From: a virus
Direction: 5' to 3' (one strand)
DNA length: 64,000 nucleotides
IMG/VR virus record: IMGVR_UViG_3300045988_170943
Coordinates: 128,001-192,000 of that record
Below the pieces are notes generated by a model. It saw only the letters and a program-made list of their open reading frames with translations. It was not told the origin of the DNA and did not search any database. Numbering within the stretch: the stretch's first letter is position 1; each line of letters starts with the position of its first letter. Below are positions 10,709 through 20,356 of the stretch, piece after piece. A program made the translations under genes and the position numbers.

Positions 10709-11656
10709 GTGACAAGCACCAAAGATACTAGGCAGGCTGGGGCGAGAAGACAGCGAATGCTGATTGCCCTGGCCTGCCTAGTGTTCATTATCGCTGGCAC
10801 CGTACTGGGTTATGCGCCCGTAGCGACAGTGGTTAACAACCTGAGACAGCACCAGCAATCCCAGGAGTATAGCCAGCAGATCGCCAGACGCGAAAGCACC
10901 AGTGAAGGCAAGGCCAAAAACAAGGCCGCCATCCAGAAAGCCAGAGACTACAACAGCACCCTGAACGGGATCCCGATCCTTGACCCGTTCCTGGAAGATG
11001 TTGAGAACAGTTCCACCAAGTACCAGCAGTACCTTGGTGTCCTGGCTGACTCTGACGTGATGTCCAGGATCCGTGTCGAGTCCGCCGGGATAGATCTTCC
11101 TGTGCGACACGGAACAGATGACTCATCTATCGCAACCGGAGTAGGACACGTCTACGGGACCGCCCTTCCTGTTGGCGGAGAAGGCAACAGAACGGTTCTG
11201 ACAGCCCACACAGGAATGCAGTCAGCGACCCTCTTCGACCACCTCACTGACGTCAAGGTCGGAGACATCATGGTAGTGGAAACATACGGAGAGAAGTTAA
11301 CCTACAAGGTGACTGACATCCGCACCGTCCTACCATCTCAGTCTGACGCCTTAACCGCCGTACCCGGTAAAGACCTGCTGACACTGATGACCTGCACCCC
11401 ATATGGCGTGAACACGCACCGACTACTGGTGACAGGTGAACGTACCAGCAACGCCGAGGGCGCCATCACTGAGCCTGGGGTTCAGCACGAGTTGGCTGGC
11501 CTGTCATGGATGATGAAGGCGATGGGGACGCTGGCTGTGGCACTGATCCTGGCTGGCCTGATGGTGCCGATCGTGGCCCGGCCTCAGAGCCGGACAAAGC
11601 CTGGGAGGCGGCACGTAGCAAAGAGTGAGGTCACTAGTGCGCCCCGCTTGAAGTGA
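10709..11656 (+). CDS. srtC: Class C (pilus-specific) sortase: N-terminal TM, DPF lid, His in LTAHTG, catalytic TLMTCTPYG, conserved Arg, C-terminal TM
   Basis: TLxTC plus the DP(F/W/Y) lid are diagnostic of class C sortases; sits immediately after two LPLTG pilins. Confidence 0.85.
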   Translation: MTSTKDTRQAGARRQRMLIALACLVFIIAGTVLGYAPVATVVNNLRQHQQSQEYSQQIARRESTSEGKAKNKAAIQKARDYNSTLNGIPILDPFLEDVENSSTKYQQYLGVLADSDVMSRIRVESAGIDLPVRHGTDDSSIATGVGHVYGTALPVGGEGNRTVLTAHTGMQSATLFDHLTDVKVGDIMVVETYGEKLTYKVTDIRTVLPSQSDALTAVPGKDLLTLMTCTPYGVNTHRLLVTGERTSNAEGAITEPGVQHELAGLSWMMKAMGTLAVALILAGLMVPIVARPQSRTKPGRRHVAKSEVTSAPRLK

Positions 11657-11833
11657 AGGTAGTAGCACCCATAGGGTAGAGACCTCCGATCCCTTGTCCG
11701 CTCTCAATCCTGATATGGGGCGTGGCGGTGGTTGAGATCTGGTTGACTCCCACCGGTACTTCTGATACCCTATGGAGTGATCAGGCACAGGCTGTTCTAC
11801 TTATAGTCTGACACTAGTCAAGGAGAATCTACC

Positions 11834-12088
11834 ATGACACTCTATGAGTTGTATGCTGTTGACGGGAGCACCCACTTCGTTATGGGGGTGCCCCAGGACT
11901 GCCGGAATGACATCATTACTTTCAACAACGGGATGGAGTTCCGGCTGGACAACATCATCTACGTGAAGAAGGTAGCAATTTTTACCAGCGTTGAAGAGTG
12001 CCAACAAAATATTGACAGGATACAGGTTGAGTCCGGGTTGACGAAGGTCTTTGTTCACGGCCCGAAAGAGGTCCCACGTGTCCGATAA
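11834..12088 (+). CDS. Hypothetical protein (84 aa), lower-GC segment
   Basis: ORF with an AGGAGA RBS. Confidence 0.4.
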   Translation: MTLYELYAVDGSTHFVMGVPQDCRNDIITFNNGMEFRLDNIIYVKKVAIFTSVEECQQNIDRIQVESGLTKVFVHGPKEVPRVR

Positions 12089-12128
12089 CGGGCACACCAT
12101 CTAGGGAACACAGAGAAAGGGGACGCAC

Positions 12129-12569
12129 ATGCTAGCAACTAGGCACTTCACTAAACGCGAGGTGGAGGCTATCGCCTCTGGCGACTTCGATGGTGACGTC
12201 GTTCAGGTTGGCGTGACGGACGAACAGGTTGATGATCGCCGTAACGCAATCAGAATGTCTGCAATCGTCAAAACTCGTGATGACGGCCTTTTCTATGAGA
12301 TCCTTTATGAGGAGGGGGTGGATGCGGAACAGTGGGAGCAGGACGCGATGCAGGTCCAGCAGGTTGAGTGCTTGCGCCTGGATAGGCGGTTCTACCCCGT
12401 GTACGACGGCGACGACTACGATGAGCCTGTAGACTTTCAACGTGAGGTCCTGGGCGTGTGGGATCCTCTGCTCAGGAGAGCCATGACGATCCTGTATGAG
12501 CCCGGCGGGGCGGATGAACTCAATGCTGCCCTCAGTCAGATCGAGAAGCGTCTCAGCGTTGAGGCATAG
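12129..12569 (+). CDS. Hypothetical acidic protein (146 aa)
   Basis: ORF with a GGGGA RBS; followed by a terminator hairpin. Confidence 0.5.
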   Translation: MLATRHFTKREVEAIASGDFDGDVVQVGVTDEQVDDRRNAIRMSAIVKTRDDGLFYEILYEEGVDAEQWEQDAMQVQQVECLRLDRRFYPVYDGDDYDEPVDFQREVLGVWDPLLRRAMTILYEPGGADELNAALSQIEKRLSVEA

Positions 12570-12646
12570 TCGGCCAGTGTGGACGTGGCCGTTCAAGCGT
12601 CGCGCATAGAGATACTGGGTGACTAGTACCGAAAATGGGGTAGCAG

Positions 12647-12692
12647 TGTCAGGGGGTGGGCCTCTTCTGGGGCATCCCCTGACAGAGCCCTT
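12647..12692 (+). terminator. Intrinsic terminator candidate: 9-bp stem tgtcagggg / cccctgaca followed by CCCTTTTAGG
   Basis: Inverted repeat plus T tract seen directly after the stop of the 12129-12569 gene. Confidence 0.4.
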
Positions 12693-12765
12693 TTAGGCAA
12701 TATTCAATCCACCAAGCCAATAGCAAACACAATACGCCAAGAGTAGAAATACCTTAAGGAGACGC

Positions 12766-13659
12766 ATGCTAGAATACAGCATCACCAGCAGTAGTGACGG
12801 GCCAGAGGTCAAGGTCACCACATCCGACTACGTGACCATCATCGTACCAGCCAGTCATCCTCGTGTCTCCGCGATCATTGGGGTGCTTACTTCTCAGAAG
12901 CCAACAGATGATGACGTGGTGACATCAGATAAGGTTATGTCCTTGTTCCGGCATGCCAAGGGCGGCAACCGCTGCGATCATGAGGACTTGGCTCGCGCCT
13001 ATGCCGATGCCTGGAACTCCTACCTGGGGACTGTATCTAGTCGTGAGTGGGTGTTCACGCATCCGAGTGTGAAGCATATGTGGCGGGCTATGCGCGAAAA
13101 GCGTGAGTACAGGGTTCCGGTTGGCACCTACCAGTATGTGTCTTATGTCCCTTCGTGGTATCAGCAGGCCCGCTATGCGACCATCCAGGAGGATAGCGTG
13201 ACGCCCTGCCGGACCAGCAACGGGCCTCAGTGCCCGTCTGATCGTCCTTGTTACGGCGAATCCAGTGGAAGTGGCCCTGAGCAGCAGGACGCGACCACGA
13301 CAACACGTGTTGACAATACCGCTTCCGGGGTCGCACCCGGACCTGAGAGAAACACTGGGGACGATGACACCCTGGGCACTGACCTGAATGCAGCAATCAA
13401 GGAACTTGCCCAGATGGTGGCGCACATGATTGCTGGCACCGAAGAGGGTGACCATGTGGATCCACAGGAAACGGGTACTGACGACGAGCCCACGCATGAG
13501 CCATCACACGCTGACACTCACCACGATCATGAGGCCAGGACGCACCACGAGAGGGACGCCAGCAGTGCGAGTCAAGACGACGTGATCGGTCGTATCACCC
13601 CCAGACGCATCCCCATGTCAGAGGCCAATTTCACCGGGTTCTCCGGGAACCGCCCATAA
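12766..13659 (+). CDS. Hypothetical protein (297 aa) with an acidic, His-rich C-terminal tail
   Basis: ORF with a GGAGAC RBS. Confidence 0.5.
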   Translation: MLEYSITSSSDGPEVKVTTSDYVTIIVPASHPRVSAIIGVLTSQKPTDDDVVTSDKVMSLFRHAKGGNRCDHEDLARAYADAWNSYLGTVSSREWVFTHPSVKHMWRAMREKREYRVPVGTYQYVSYVPSWYQQARYATIQEDSVTPCRTSNGPQCPSDRPCYGESSGSGPEQQDATTTTRVDNTASGVAPGPERNTGDDDTLGTDLNAAIKELAQMVAHMIAGTEEGDHVDPQETGTDDEPTHEPSHADTHHDHEARTHHERDASSASQDDVIGRITPRRIPMSEANFTGFSGNRP

Positions 13660-13758
13660 CCACCCTCTTGCGCCCCTAACCCCTGTTCACCCTGTCAGGC
13701 ACTCTGATGCGGTAAACGGGGTTAGACGTAAGCACCAGCACTCATAAAAGACCACACC

Positions 13759-14556
13759 ATGCCATCCTCAACCAAAACCTCACACACACGAGGCTATGCT
13801 CACACCTTGAAGCCGTTCTTTACCTACTATGGCGGCAAGTACCGTGCAGCCAGCCGGTACCCGAAACCTCAGGGTGGTGTGATCGTGGAGCCATTCGCTG
13901 GTGCGGCAGGATACTCGGTGCGTAACTATCACCCAGCCACGAGAGTCGTTCTCAATGACCTGGATGAGCGTGTCGCAGCAACCTGGAAGTACCTGGTTAG
14001 GGCGACCAGTGAAGAGATCATGCGACTGCCCCTGTATGACGGGACCTGGGCGAGCGTGGATGATCTGACCGGCCTGTGTCAGGAGCAGAGGTGGCTGATC
14101 GGCTGGCACCTGAACAAGGGTACCGTGTCGCCGTCGAAGTCGCCGTCGAGGTGGATGCGTGACGCCCTAAGGACAGGTGTGGACGTGGGCGCGAACTACT
14201 GGGGTGAGGATGTGCGTGAGCGGCTTGCCCGACAGGCCCCTATGATCCGGCACTGGGAGGTACGCTGCGGCGACTACCTGGATCTACCTGACGAAGTACG
14301 CTCCCCCAACGGCAGTGGGGTGACATGGTTCGTGGACCCACCCTATCAGCAGGCTGGGAGGCATTACCGGACCAACATGGTTGACTACTGGCAGTTAGGT
14401 GAATGGTGTCGCAGCCGGTCTGGCCTGATCATCGTCTGTGAGAACGACGGGGCCACCTGGCTGCCATTCAAGAAACTAGGAAGCATCAAGGGTACAGCAG
14501 GTAGAGGCCGGGCCGGGGTGTCAAAGGAGGTAATCTGGGTGCAGAACCATGGGTGA
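13759..14556 (+). CDS. D12-class N6-adenine DNA methyltransferase (Dam-like): FFTYYGGKYR, EPFAGAAGY (SAM-binding FxGxG), VDPPY catalytic motif
   Basis: All three Dam-family motifs present in the canonical order. Confidence 0.8.
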   Translation: MPSSTKTSHTRGYAHTLKPFFTYYGGKYRAASRYPKPQGGVIVEPFAGAAGYSVRNYHPATRVVLNDLDERVAATWKYLVRATSEEIMRLPLYDGTWASVDDLTGLCQEQRWLIGWHLNKGTVSPSKSPSRWMRDALRTGVDVGANYWGEDVRERLARQAPMIRHWEVRCGDYLDLPDEVRSPNGSGVTWFVDPPYQQAGRHYRTNMVDYWQLGEWCRSRSGLIIVCENDGATWLPFKKLGSIKGTAGRGRAGVSKEVIWVQNHG

Positions 14557-15402
14557 TTGAGTGCCACCAACCGACTAAGGTGCGGCACTGTCCCCGGCGA
14601 ACCCCAACACTGCCAGGAGGCGAAAGTGACCGCACAGGATCCGGGGGACACGAACCCCCTTGAGAGCACGTCCTCACGTGACACCTTCATTCGTGAAGTC
14701 AGGTCAATCCCAGATGATGACACAATCTCCATGAGAGACGTGGTTGACTACTTCCACAAGCACAACACCGGCCAGGACCCCAGCCTGAAATCCACCAGCG
14801 TACTCAGGTTCACGGACGGCGAGGTCTTCATCGACATCGACGAGGACACTGTGACTGTGCGTGGGGAGGACATGACCCCGGCAGGGGTCATGTGGGCGGT
14901 TCGGGCACTCTTCGCCGTGAGAAACAAGTATAGTGGGGTGGCTGACATGGTTGCTGCGCTCGCCGACGGCACTCCAATCCGAGAAGGCGAGATCAACGAG
15001 GCGGCATTGGGGATCCTCAGGCAGAAAGCCTCACTTACTACGGTCCCAGGTGTGGGTAGGGTCGCGTACCGGGTCGTGAAGACATGCGGTCAAGATCAAC
15101 AGGAACTAAGAATCGTCGCGGTCAGGGAAGTGCGTACTGGCGAGTCCAGGATCGCCTACTACCGTCCTGGCGCGGAAGTGAAAGTCAGGATCCTCATGGA
15201 GGACGAGAGTGGCTCGCTTCTCGGGACCCTGAGTATGAACGGGTGGCGGATGTCCAGGTGGGGTGATGGCAGGGTCGCCCAGTGGGTCATGAGCGTAGCC
15301 CCCGAAACTCTTGGCAACGAGAATGTGTTCAGGGGTGGTGACGCGGGGATACTGGCTGCACTGGAGGCAGTATCTTGTGGGGAGAGATTTGACTGCCCGT
15401 GA
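14557..15402 (+). CDS. Hypothetical protein (up to 281 aa; true start possibly an internal GTG or ATG, e.g. 14727)
   Basis: Long ORF whose ATG overlaps the stop of the upstream MTase gene. Confidence 0.45.
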   Translation: MSATNRLRCGTVPGEPQHCQEAKVTAQDPGDTNPLESTSSRDTFIREVRSIPDDDTISMRDVVDYFHKHNTGQDPSLKSTSVLRFTDGEVFIDIDEDTVTVRGEDMTPAGVMWAVRALFAVRNKYSGVADMVAALADGTPIREGEINEAALGILRQKASLTTVPGVGRVAYRVVKTCGQDQQELRIVAVREVRTGESRIAYYRPGAEVKVRILMEDESGSLLGTLSMNGWRMSRWGDGRVAQWVMSVAPETLGNENVFRGGDAGILAALEAVSCGERFDCP

Positions 15403-15706
15403 CCTGAGTATTGCAGCAATAGGCGGGGAACGGGTCGCCCGCCAGTGTGCTACACTCTAAGACGGGTCAGTATGACGAAGAGCATTCGGCGATGAGATGC
15501 CATATTCGAGAGTCGCTATCGGGGACACAGAGAGCCGCCAACTTACTAAAATGGGCCCAACTTCTTGCTATGTGACGAAAGCCACCTACTCAAGGACGAC
15601 ACTCTAGGTGTACACTCATTGTTGAGTTCATGGGTGAAGAGATCGTCAGAAGTCATCTTTTCACCTTTCCTGGGAATCAGTCACACCAAGCCGTCAGAGA
15701 CACCCC

Positions 15707-16150
15707 TTGGCGGCACCCCAATCACAACTCGGGAGAAAACCTATGACCACACCTACACCCCGATCTCACTACGAGTGGAATCCCGCTGACGGAAGGATCT
15801 ATCCGGGTGGTGCAGCCCTCGTAGCGGTCGCCCAGGACGGCACTGAGATTGTCCTCTACCTCGATGACTTTGACGGGGAGGTGCGCCCGTCGTTCGGCCT
15901 GCACTTCCCGGACACTCGGGAATGGGCCACTACTGATGACTGCCAAACATGGGACCGCGTGGAGCAGTACGTCCCCCGCGTCGAGTGGCCCGCCAACATC
16001 AACGCGGGCAAGCGAGGCCCCAGCCGTGATGAGCGGACCCCAGACCCGGCCGTCCAGGAGGCGATTGATGGGTACCGTCGTACCCTGGAGGAGGCGTTGA
16101 CTGAGGCTGATTTCTATGAGACCCAGTTGCGTGACGACAGCGCGGAGTGA
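15707..16150 (+). CDS. Hypothetical protein (147 aa; alternative start 15743)
   Basis: ORF with a GGGAGA RBS. Confidence 0.5.
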   Translation: MAAPQSQLGRKPMTTPTPRSHYEWNPADGRIYPGGAALVAVAQDGTEIVLYLDDFDGEVRPSFGLHFPDTREWATTDDCQTWDRVEQYVPRVEWPANINAGKRGPSRDERTPDPAVQEAIDGYRRTLEEALTEADFYETQLRDDSAE

Positions 16151-16178
16151 TCCCTGTCAATCGTTAACCTCTCACCTG

Positions 16179-16208
16179 TTGACCTTGCACCCTCATTTGT
16201 GCTATGAT
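16179..16208 (+). promoter_or_regulatory. Sigma-70/SigA-like promoter TTGACC-18 nt-TATGAT
   Basis: Near-consensus -35 and -10 hexamers with an 18-nt spacer, about 50 bp upstream of the 16262 ORF. Confidence 0.4.
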
Positions 16209-16261
16209 CTGTGCCGTAAATAAGAGAACAGATCGTTCAACATGAGCGGAGGTGAAGGCTG

Positions 16262-16555
16262 ATGCGAACGCAGTACACGAAGGGCAGGAATGCGACACCA
16301 CCAGTACCCACGTGCCCTTACCAGTTGGAGGATTACACAGACTTCGGGATCACACCCACGACTGGCGTCAGATACGTGGTCACGACGGTTGTCCTGGTTC
16401 TGCTGGCCCTAGTGGTCATAGTTGCAGTGGAGACAGCCTGCATGTTCGCCGCCTTTGAGGCTGTTCACTCCAGAACCAGTGGTGACAGGATTAGTGTCAC
16501 CACACAACCATCGAGGACAACAGGATATGACACTGAGCGACACGCAGAGAAGTGA
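16262..16555 (+). CDS. Small membrane protein (97 aa, one TM helix)
   Basis: ORF with a GGAGG RBS; hydrophobic core VVTTVVLVLLALVVIVAV. Confidence 0.4.
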   Translation: MRTQYTKGRNATPPVPTCPYQLEDYTDFGITPTTGVRYVVTTVVLVLLALVVIVAVETACMFAAFEAVHSRTSGDRISVTTQPSRTTGYDTERHAEK

Positions 16556-16889
16556 ACTTATAGGGGTCTCTAAGGCTTTCCGTGAGGGGCTTAAAGATCT
16601 TCTGAATGAGCGGGAGTGGGGGCCATTTGAAGCCATGGACCTGGTTCGATCCATTATGGCTGTCGAGGCGCTGGAGAATCACTTGGAGGAAGGCAGTAAG
16701 GACCCGGAGCCACTGACGCTCATGTCCATGTCGGAACTGGCTGATGCGATCAGTGAGGATACTGACACTGAGCGGGACTGGATGATCAACTACTCCACCA
16801 CCTACCGTAGTGTTGGTCGGACGCTGCTGAACGACGGCAATAGTGCCCGTGACGAGGAGATGCGCGAGTACGGGGTTCACCTGAACTAG
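16527..16889 (+). CDS. Hypothetical acidic protein (about 121 aa; ORF opens at 16422)
   Basis: ORF whose ATG at 16527 overlaps the upstream gene's end. Confidence 0.45.
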   Translation: MTLSDTQRSELIGVSKAFREGLKDLLNEREWGPFEAMDLVRSIMAVEALENHLEEGSKDPEPLTLMSMSELADAISEDTDTERDWMINYSTTYRSVGRTLLNDGNSARDEEMREYGVHLN

Positions 16890-17132
16890 CCCTGGATGAC
16901 AGGTGTCGGGTTTTCATCGCCGCTGCGTGCTGGACTTTCTGAGTATCCGCTAATGGGGTGTGAGATGTGTTTGCTTTAGATAAGGTCGGCGGCTAGTTTA
17001 TACTGGCCGCACAATTCCCCACGCTACTACCTGATCGTTTAGTGGCGTGTCTTTTCCGCTCTAAAGTTTGAGATATTCCCAGTAAATATATAAGGTAGCC
17101 GCCATTTCCGCACATATCTTGGAGATGATCTC

Positions 17133-18056
17133 ATGAGCGACACCAACACACCTGAACCCACACCGAATCCGGGACCAGAAGCACCAGGAAACCCGGACGT
17201 GGAGCCATTTGGGAAGACAGACAGCAGTTTTCATGACTACACGCCGTCAGCAACCAGCACTCCGGTCGTGCCGCCGCCATACCCCGCAGTGAGCAGTTTG
17301 GGTGAGTCCCATCTACCGGCTGCAAGCACGGCGACCCCATACCAGTGTCCCCAGCCACCCAATAACTGGTCCAGTCAGGGTGGCTGGGGACAGGACAGTG
17401 CTACAGCACAGGACCCAGCATCCGTTGGGACGTACCCTGGTGACACGTGGTGGCAGCACCGGCAGTCTCAGGGCCCATACGCTCCCCCACCTGCCACGCC
17501 AGCGCTGTCCACCCTGGCAGATACTGGTTATGGGCATGATCCTGACGACATGAGCAAGCCGCTCTATGGGGCCACGTTCGGTCAGGCGGTAATTCGGTTC
17601 TTCAGCCGGTACGCCAGGTTTAAGGGCTACTCCTCCAAGTCTGAGTTCTGGTGGGTGTACCTGTTCGACTGTGTTGTTGGGGCTGCGTTCGCGTTCCTGT
17701 TGTTCCTGTCGTTCATGCCGATTCTTGGTTCTGTGGAGTTTGAGGAGCGGGCGAACGAGGCTGCTATCAGGGCTGGTGCACCTGATGCGATGATTCCGAT
17801 GATGTTGATCGGCCTGTGTATGTTCGCGTACTGGCTCGGAACCCTTGTCCCCAGGGTTGCTTTGACGGTGCGTCGATTGAGGGACACTGGCCGTGACTGG
17901 CCCTGGATTTTTGTGGCGTTCGTCCCCTACATTGGCGGGATCCTGTTGATGATCCTGTGTGCCCTGGACACGGACATGGGGCAGCACCGACCAGAATGGG
18001 AGGACACGCCCAAGGTGCCAAGTAGTCATATGTCGATACCAGGCATGGTCTCCTGA
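17133..18056 (+). CDS. DUF805-family inner-membrane protein with a long Pro-rich disordered N-terminus
   Basis: C-terminal half (YGATFGQAVIRFFSRYARFKGYSSKSEFWW... plus 3-4 TM helices) matches the DUF805/YhaH pattern. Confidence 0.6.
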   Translation: MSDTNTPEPTPNPGPEAPGNPDVEPFGKTDSSFHDYTPSATSTPVVPPPYPAVSSLGESHLPAASTATPYQCPQPPNNWSSQGGWGQDSATAQDPASVGTYPGDTWWQHRQSQGPYAPPPATPALSTLADTGYGHDPDDMSKPLYGATFGQAVIRFFSRYARFKGYSSKSEFWWVYLFDCVVGAAFAFLLFLSFMPILGSVEFEERANEAAIRAGAPDAMIPMMLIGLCMFAYWLGTLVPRVALTVRRLRDTGRDWPWIFVAFVPYIGGILLMILCALDTDMGQHRPEWEDTPKVPSSHMSIPGMVS

Positions 18057-18262
18057 CGATCACACCGCTAGTTGCTGATGGCACTATCGCCCATGAGCGT
18101 GTTGTCGGCCAGCAGGCAGTATCCACCCCTCCTCACAGTGCGAGTCCAGTGAAAACTGGCCGCATGGGGGAGGGGTTGGTTCTGTTGACCTGGGGGCGTG
18201 GATCTGCTAGCATTGGCGCTATTAGTGTAGTCGCCCACCAGTGAAGAATAGGAGACCATGTT

Positions 18263-19102
18263 TTGACTATCTATGACTCTGGGAAGATCCGTGAAGACAT
18301 CGGGAAAATTCTTTCATCCCTCCTGTACGTTAAGGATAGGCATGGGGTGAAGAATAACCCTCATGTTGCATCCTTCATCGACGCAGCCTACAACGTCAAC
18401 ACTGCCCTTAACGTCAATGACGACCTTGTGGAGAACAACGATGAGGTGTTTGTGCGGGCCATGAATGTCCTCAGTGACCTTAAGCGCTTGAAGGATCTGC
18501 TGGACAGTCTGAAGGGCATCAAGGTCACGAACTTCCCACCCAGGTACCAGGCGCAGATCAACGGTATCACAAACAGTCTTGGTGCAGTGTGGGAGAACAG
18601 GGCCACAAGTACCCTCGACTACATTCGGGAGTACACCACCAGTAGTGACTTCATGACCCTAAAGGATGCGCTAAAGAGGGCGTCCTTAAACACGTCGCTG
18701 ATCTCACCTAAGGACTATCTGAAACAGGAGCCAGAAAAAGCAGGCGAGGCTGTTCTTGATGAACCTGCTGTTCAGGCGAACAACAAGGTTGAGGAAAATG
18801 GGGGCCACTCTGACACTCACCAGGAAACCACCAACGATAATAGTGGAGGCCAGGAAGCCACTGATGGGAAGGGCAGGAGTGAAACAAGGGCACCCCAGAA
18901 TGAGGAGGATCAGGGCCCGGACAGTGACACCCAAGGCAACCCCAGTAGGGAGAAGCCTGTAAGCGACCTGTACCAGGAGAAGATAGCAGAACAGGGCGAC
19001 GAGCAGGCGACACGGGAACAGGAGTTCCAGAATGCTTTGAGTGATCTTGAGGGAATGTTCGCACCCGACCTGAGTGAGGCGGTTCTCGACGGCGGCGAGT
19101 AG
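18263..19102 (+). CDS. Hypothetical protein (279 aa, TTG start); 5' part is markedly AT-richer than its surroundings
   Basis: ORF; compositional shift seen directly. Confidence 0.45.
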   Translation: MTIYDSGKIREDIGKILSSLLYVKDRHGVKNNPHVASFIDAAYNVNTALNVNDDLVENNDEVFVRAMNVLSDLKRLKDLLDSLKGIKVTNFPPRYQAQINGITNSLGAVWENRATSTLDYIREYTTSSDFMTLKDALKRASLNTSLISPKDYLKQEPEKAGEAVLDEPAVQANNKVEENGGHSDTHQETTNDNSGGQEATDGKGRSETRAPQNEEDQGPDSDTQGNPSREKPVSDLYQEKIAEQGDEQATREQEFQNALSDLEGMFAPDLSEAVLDGGE

Positions 19103-19223
19103 CCCACTGCCGTTGGCGTTTCCGTATCCTCTGAACTACGATGCAGCACACTAAGGTTAGAAACGTGCCTGGCAGCAAGATACAGCACATCGAATATACA
19201 CGACAAGGGGCAGGTGCAAGCGC

Positions 19224-20297
19224 ATGGTGAAGTACCATATCTCTGACGGGGTGGCACGTAAGTGTGACGCAACTAAACGGCCTTGCCCTGTTGGTGCCTC
19301 GCCCAGTGAGCACTACCAGTCTAAGGCGGAGGCATATGCCGCCTATGCTGCGCAGAACGCACACAACCTCTTCGCTCTCGGCACCAACTCTGGCCTGGCT
19401 GCGAAGGTGAAGCGGTTCGTCGCCGTGGGCGGGGTTCTGGCGTCCATGTGCTCGGTGGCGGCCTGTGGGACCATTGACACGGACGAGACCCCGGAGTGGA
19501 AAGCCATTGAGCAGCAGCAGTCTGACGCTCAGGGACAGGCTGATCAGGAGAAGGCCAATGATGGGTACGGCAAGGTCAAGGATGCTGCGAAGAACAAGTG
19601 GGGCAAGGCTAAGGAGAAAGCCGGGAAGGTAGGCCAGGACCTCAAGGAGGCTACCAGCCAGACAGACAGTGGGGGGCCTGGAGGCACCGGCGGCAACAGT
19701 GGGGCAGGCGGCGACGTTTTCTTCCACGGTAAGTCACTGACCCCGACCGCCGAGGAGATCCAGCAGGCGAAGGATGATTTAGCGGGGTTGAAGGTCGCGC
19801 CCGAGAACGATGCCAGCGGCTACAACCGCAAGGAGATGTTCGGTGACTTCGACAGGGGGACGGTTGCTGCGGTCGAGCAGAGGGATGTCACCTACAACGC
19901 CTCTTTCAACGATGACGGTCGAGCAGAGGACGGATCGGCGTTCCGAGACCCCTACACCGGTAAGGTTGTCACAATCGTCAAGGGCAGCAGTCATGACGCC
20001 GACGTGGATCATGGCGTGCCACTGAAAGAAGTTGTCGAGTCAGAGGACCCGGAGCATCCGCTCAGCGCACAGGAGCGGCACCAGATCGCCAACGACATGG
20101 ACAACCTGCAACTGGTCGGGTCCCATGAGAACCGCTCCAAGGGCGATAAGGATCCGGCAACCTACATTCCCTCATATGAGCCCGCCCAGTGCAAGTACAT
20201 CATCTACTATGTGTCGGTCAAGTCGAAGTATCACCTGAGCGTTGACCCTGCTGAGAAGAACAGGATCCAGGAAGTTCTCGTCACGAAGTGCTCATAG
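19224..20297 (+). CDS. Membrane-anchored DUF1524/HNH-like (GmrSD C-terminal-type) nuclease. It starts with the HCCH module, followed by a hydrophobic segment with a lipobox-like VAAC; an alternative lipoprotein start is the GTG near 19411
   Basis: C-terminal ...DVDHGVPL...LQLVGSHENRSKGDKDPATYIP resembles the DUF1524 His-Me finger; N-terminal H-x8-C-x6-C-x8-H. Confidence 0.55.
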   Translation: MVKYHISDGVARKCDATKRPCPVGASPSEHYQSKAEAYAAYAAQNAHNLFALGTNSGLAAKVKRFVAVGGVLASMCSVAACGTIDTDETPEWKAIEQQQSDAQGQADQEKANDGYGKVKDAAKNKWGKAKEKAGKVGQDLKEATSQTDSGGPGGTGGNSGAGGDVFFHGKSLTPTAEEIQQAKDDLAGLKVAPENDASGYNRKEMFGDFDRGTVAAVEQRDVTYNASFNDDGRAEDGSAFRDPYTGKVVTIVKGSSHDADVDHGVPLKEVVESEDPEHPLSAQERHQIANDMDNLQLVGSHENRSKGDKDPATYIPSYEPAQCKYIIYYVSVKSKYHLSVDPAEKNRIQEVLVTKCS

Positions 20298-20356
20298 TGT
20301 GGAGAATCCTCCGCGCCTGCCCGCAACACACGTTAGTCAACACCTGTAGAATAAAG

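Noticed and set aside
18708-19727. 339-aa minus-strand ORF spanning two + strand genes
   Set aside because: Crosses the intergenic region and RBS of the 19224 gene; Arg/Pro/Ser-rich composition; the + strand ORFs have RBSs and motifs.
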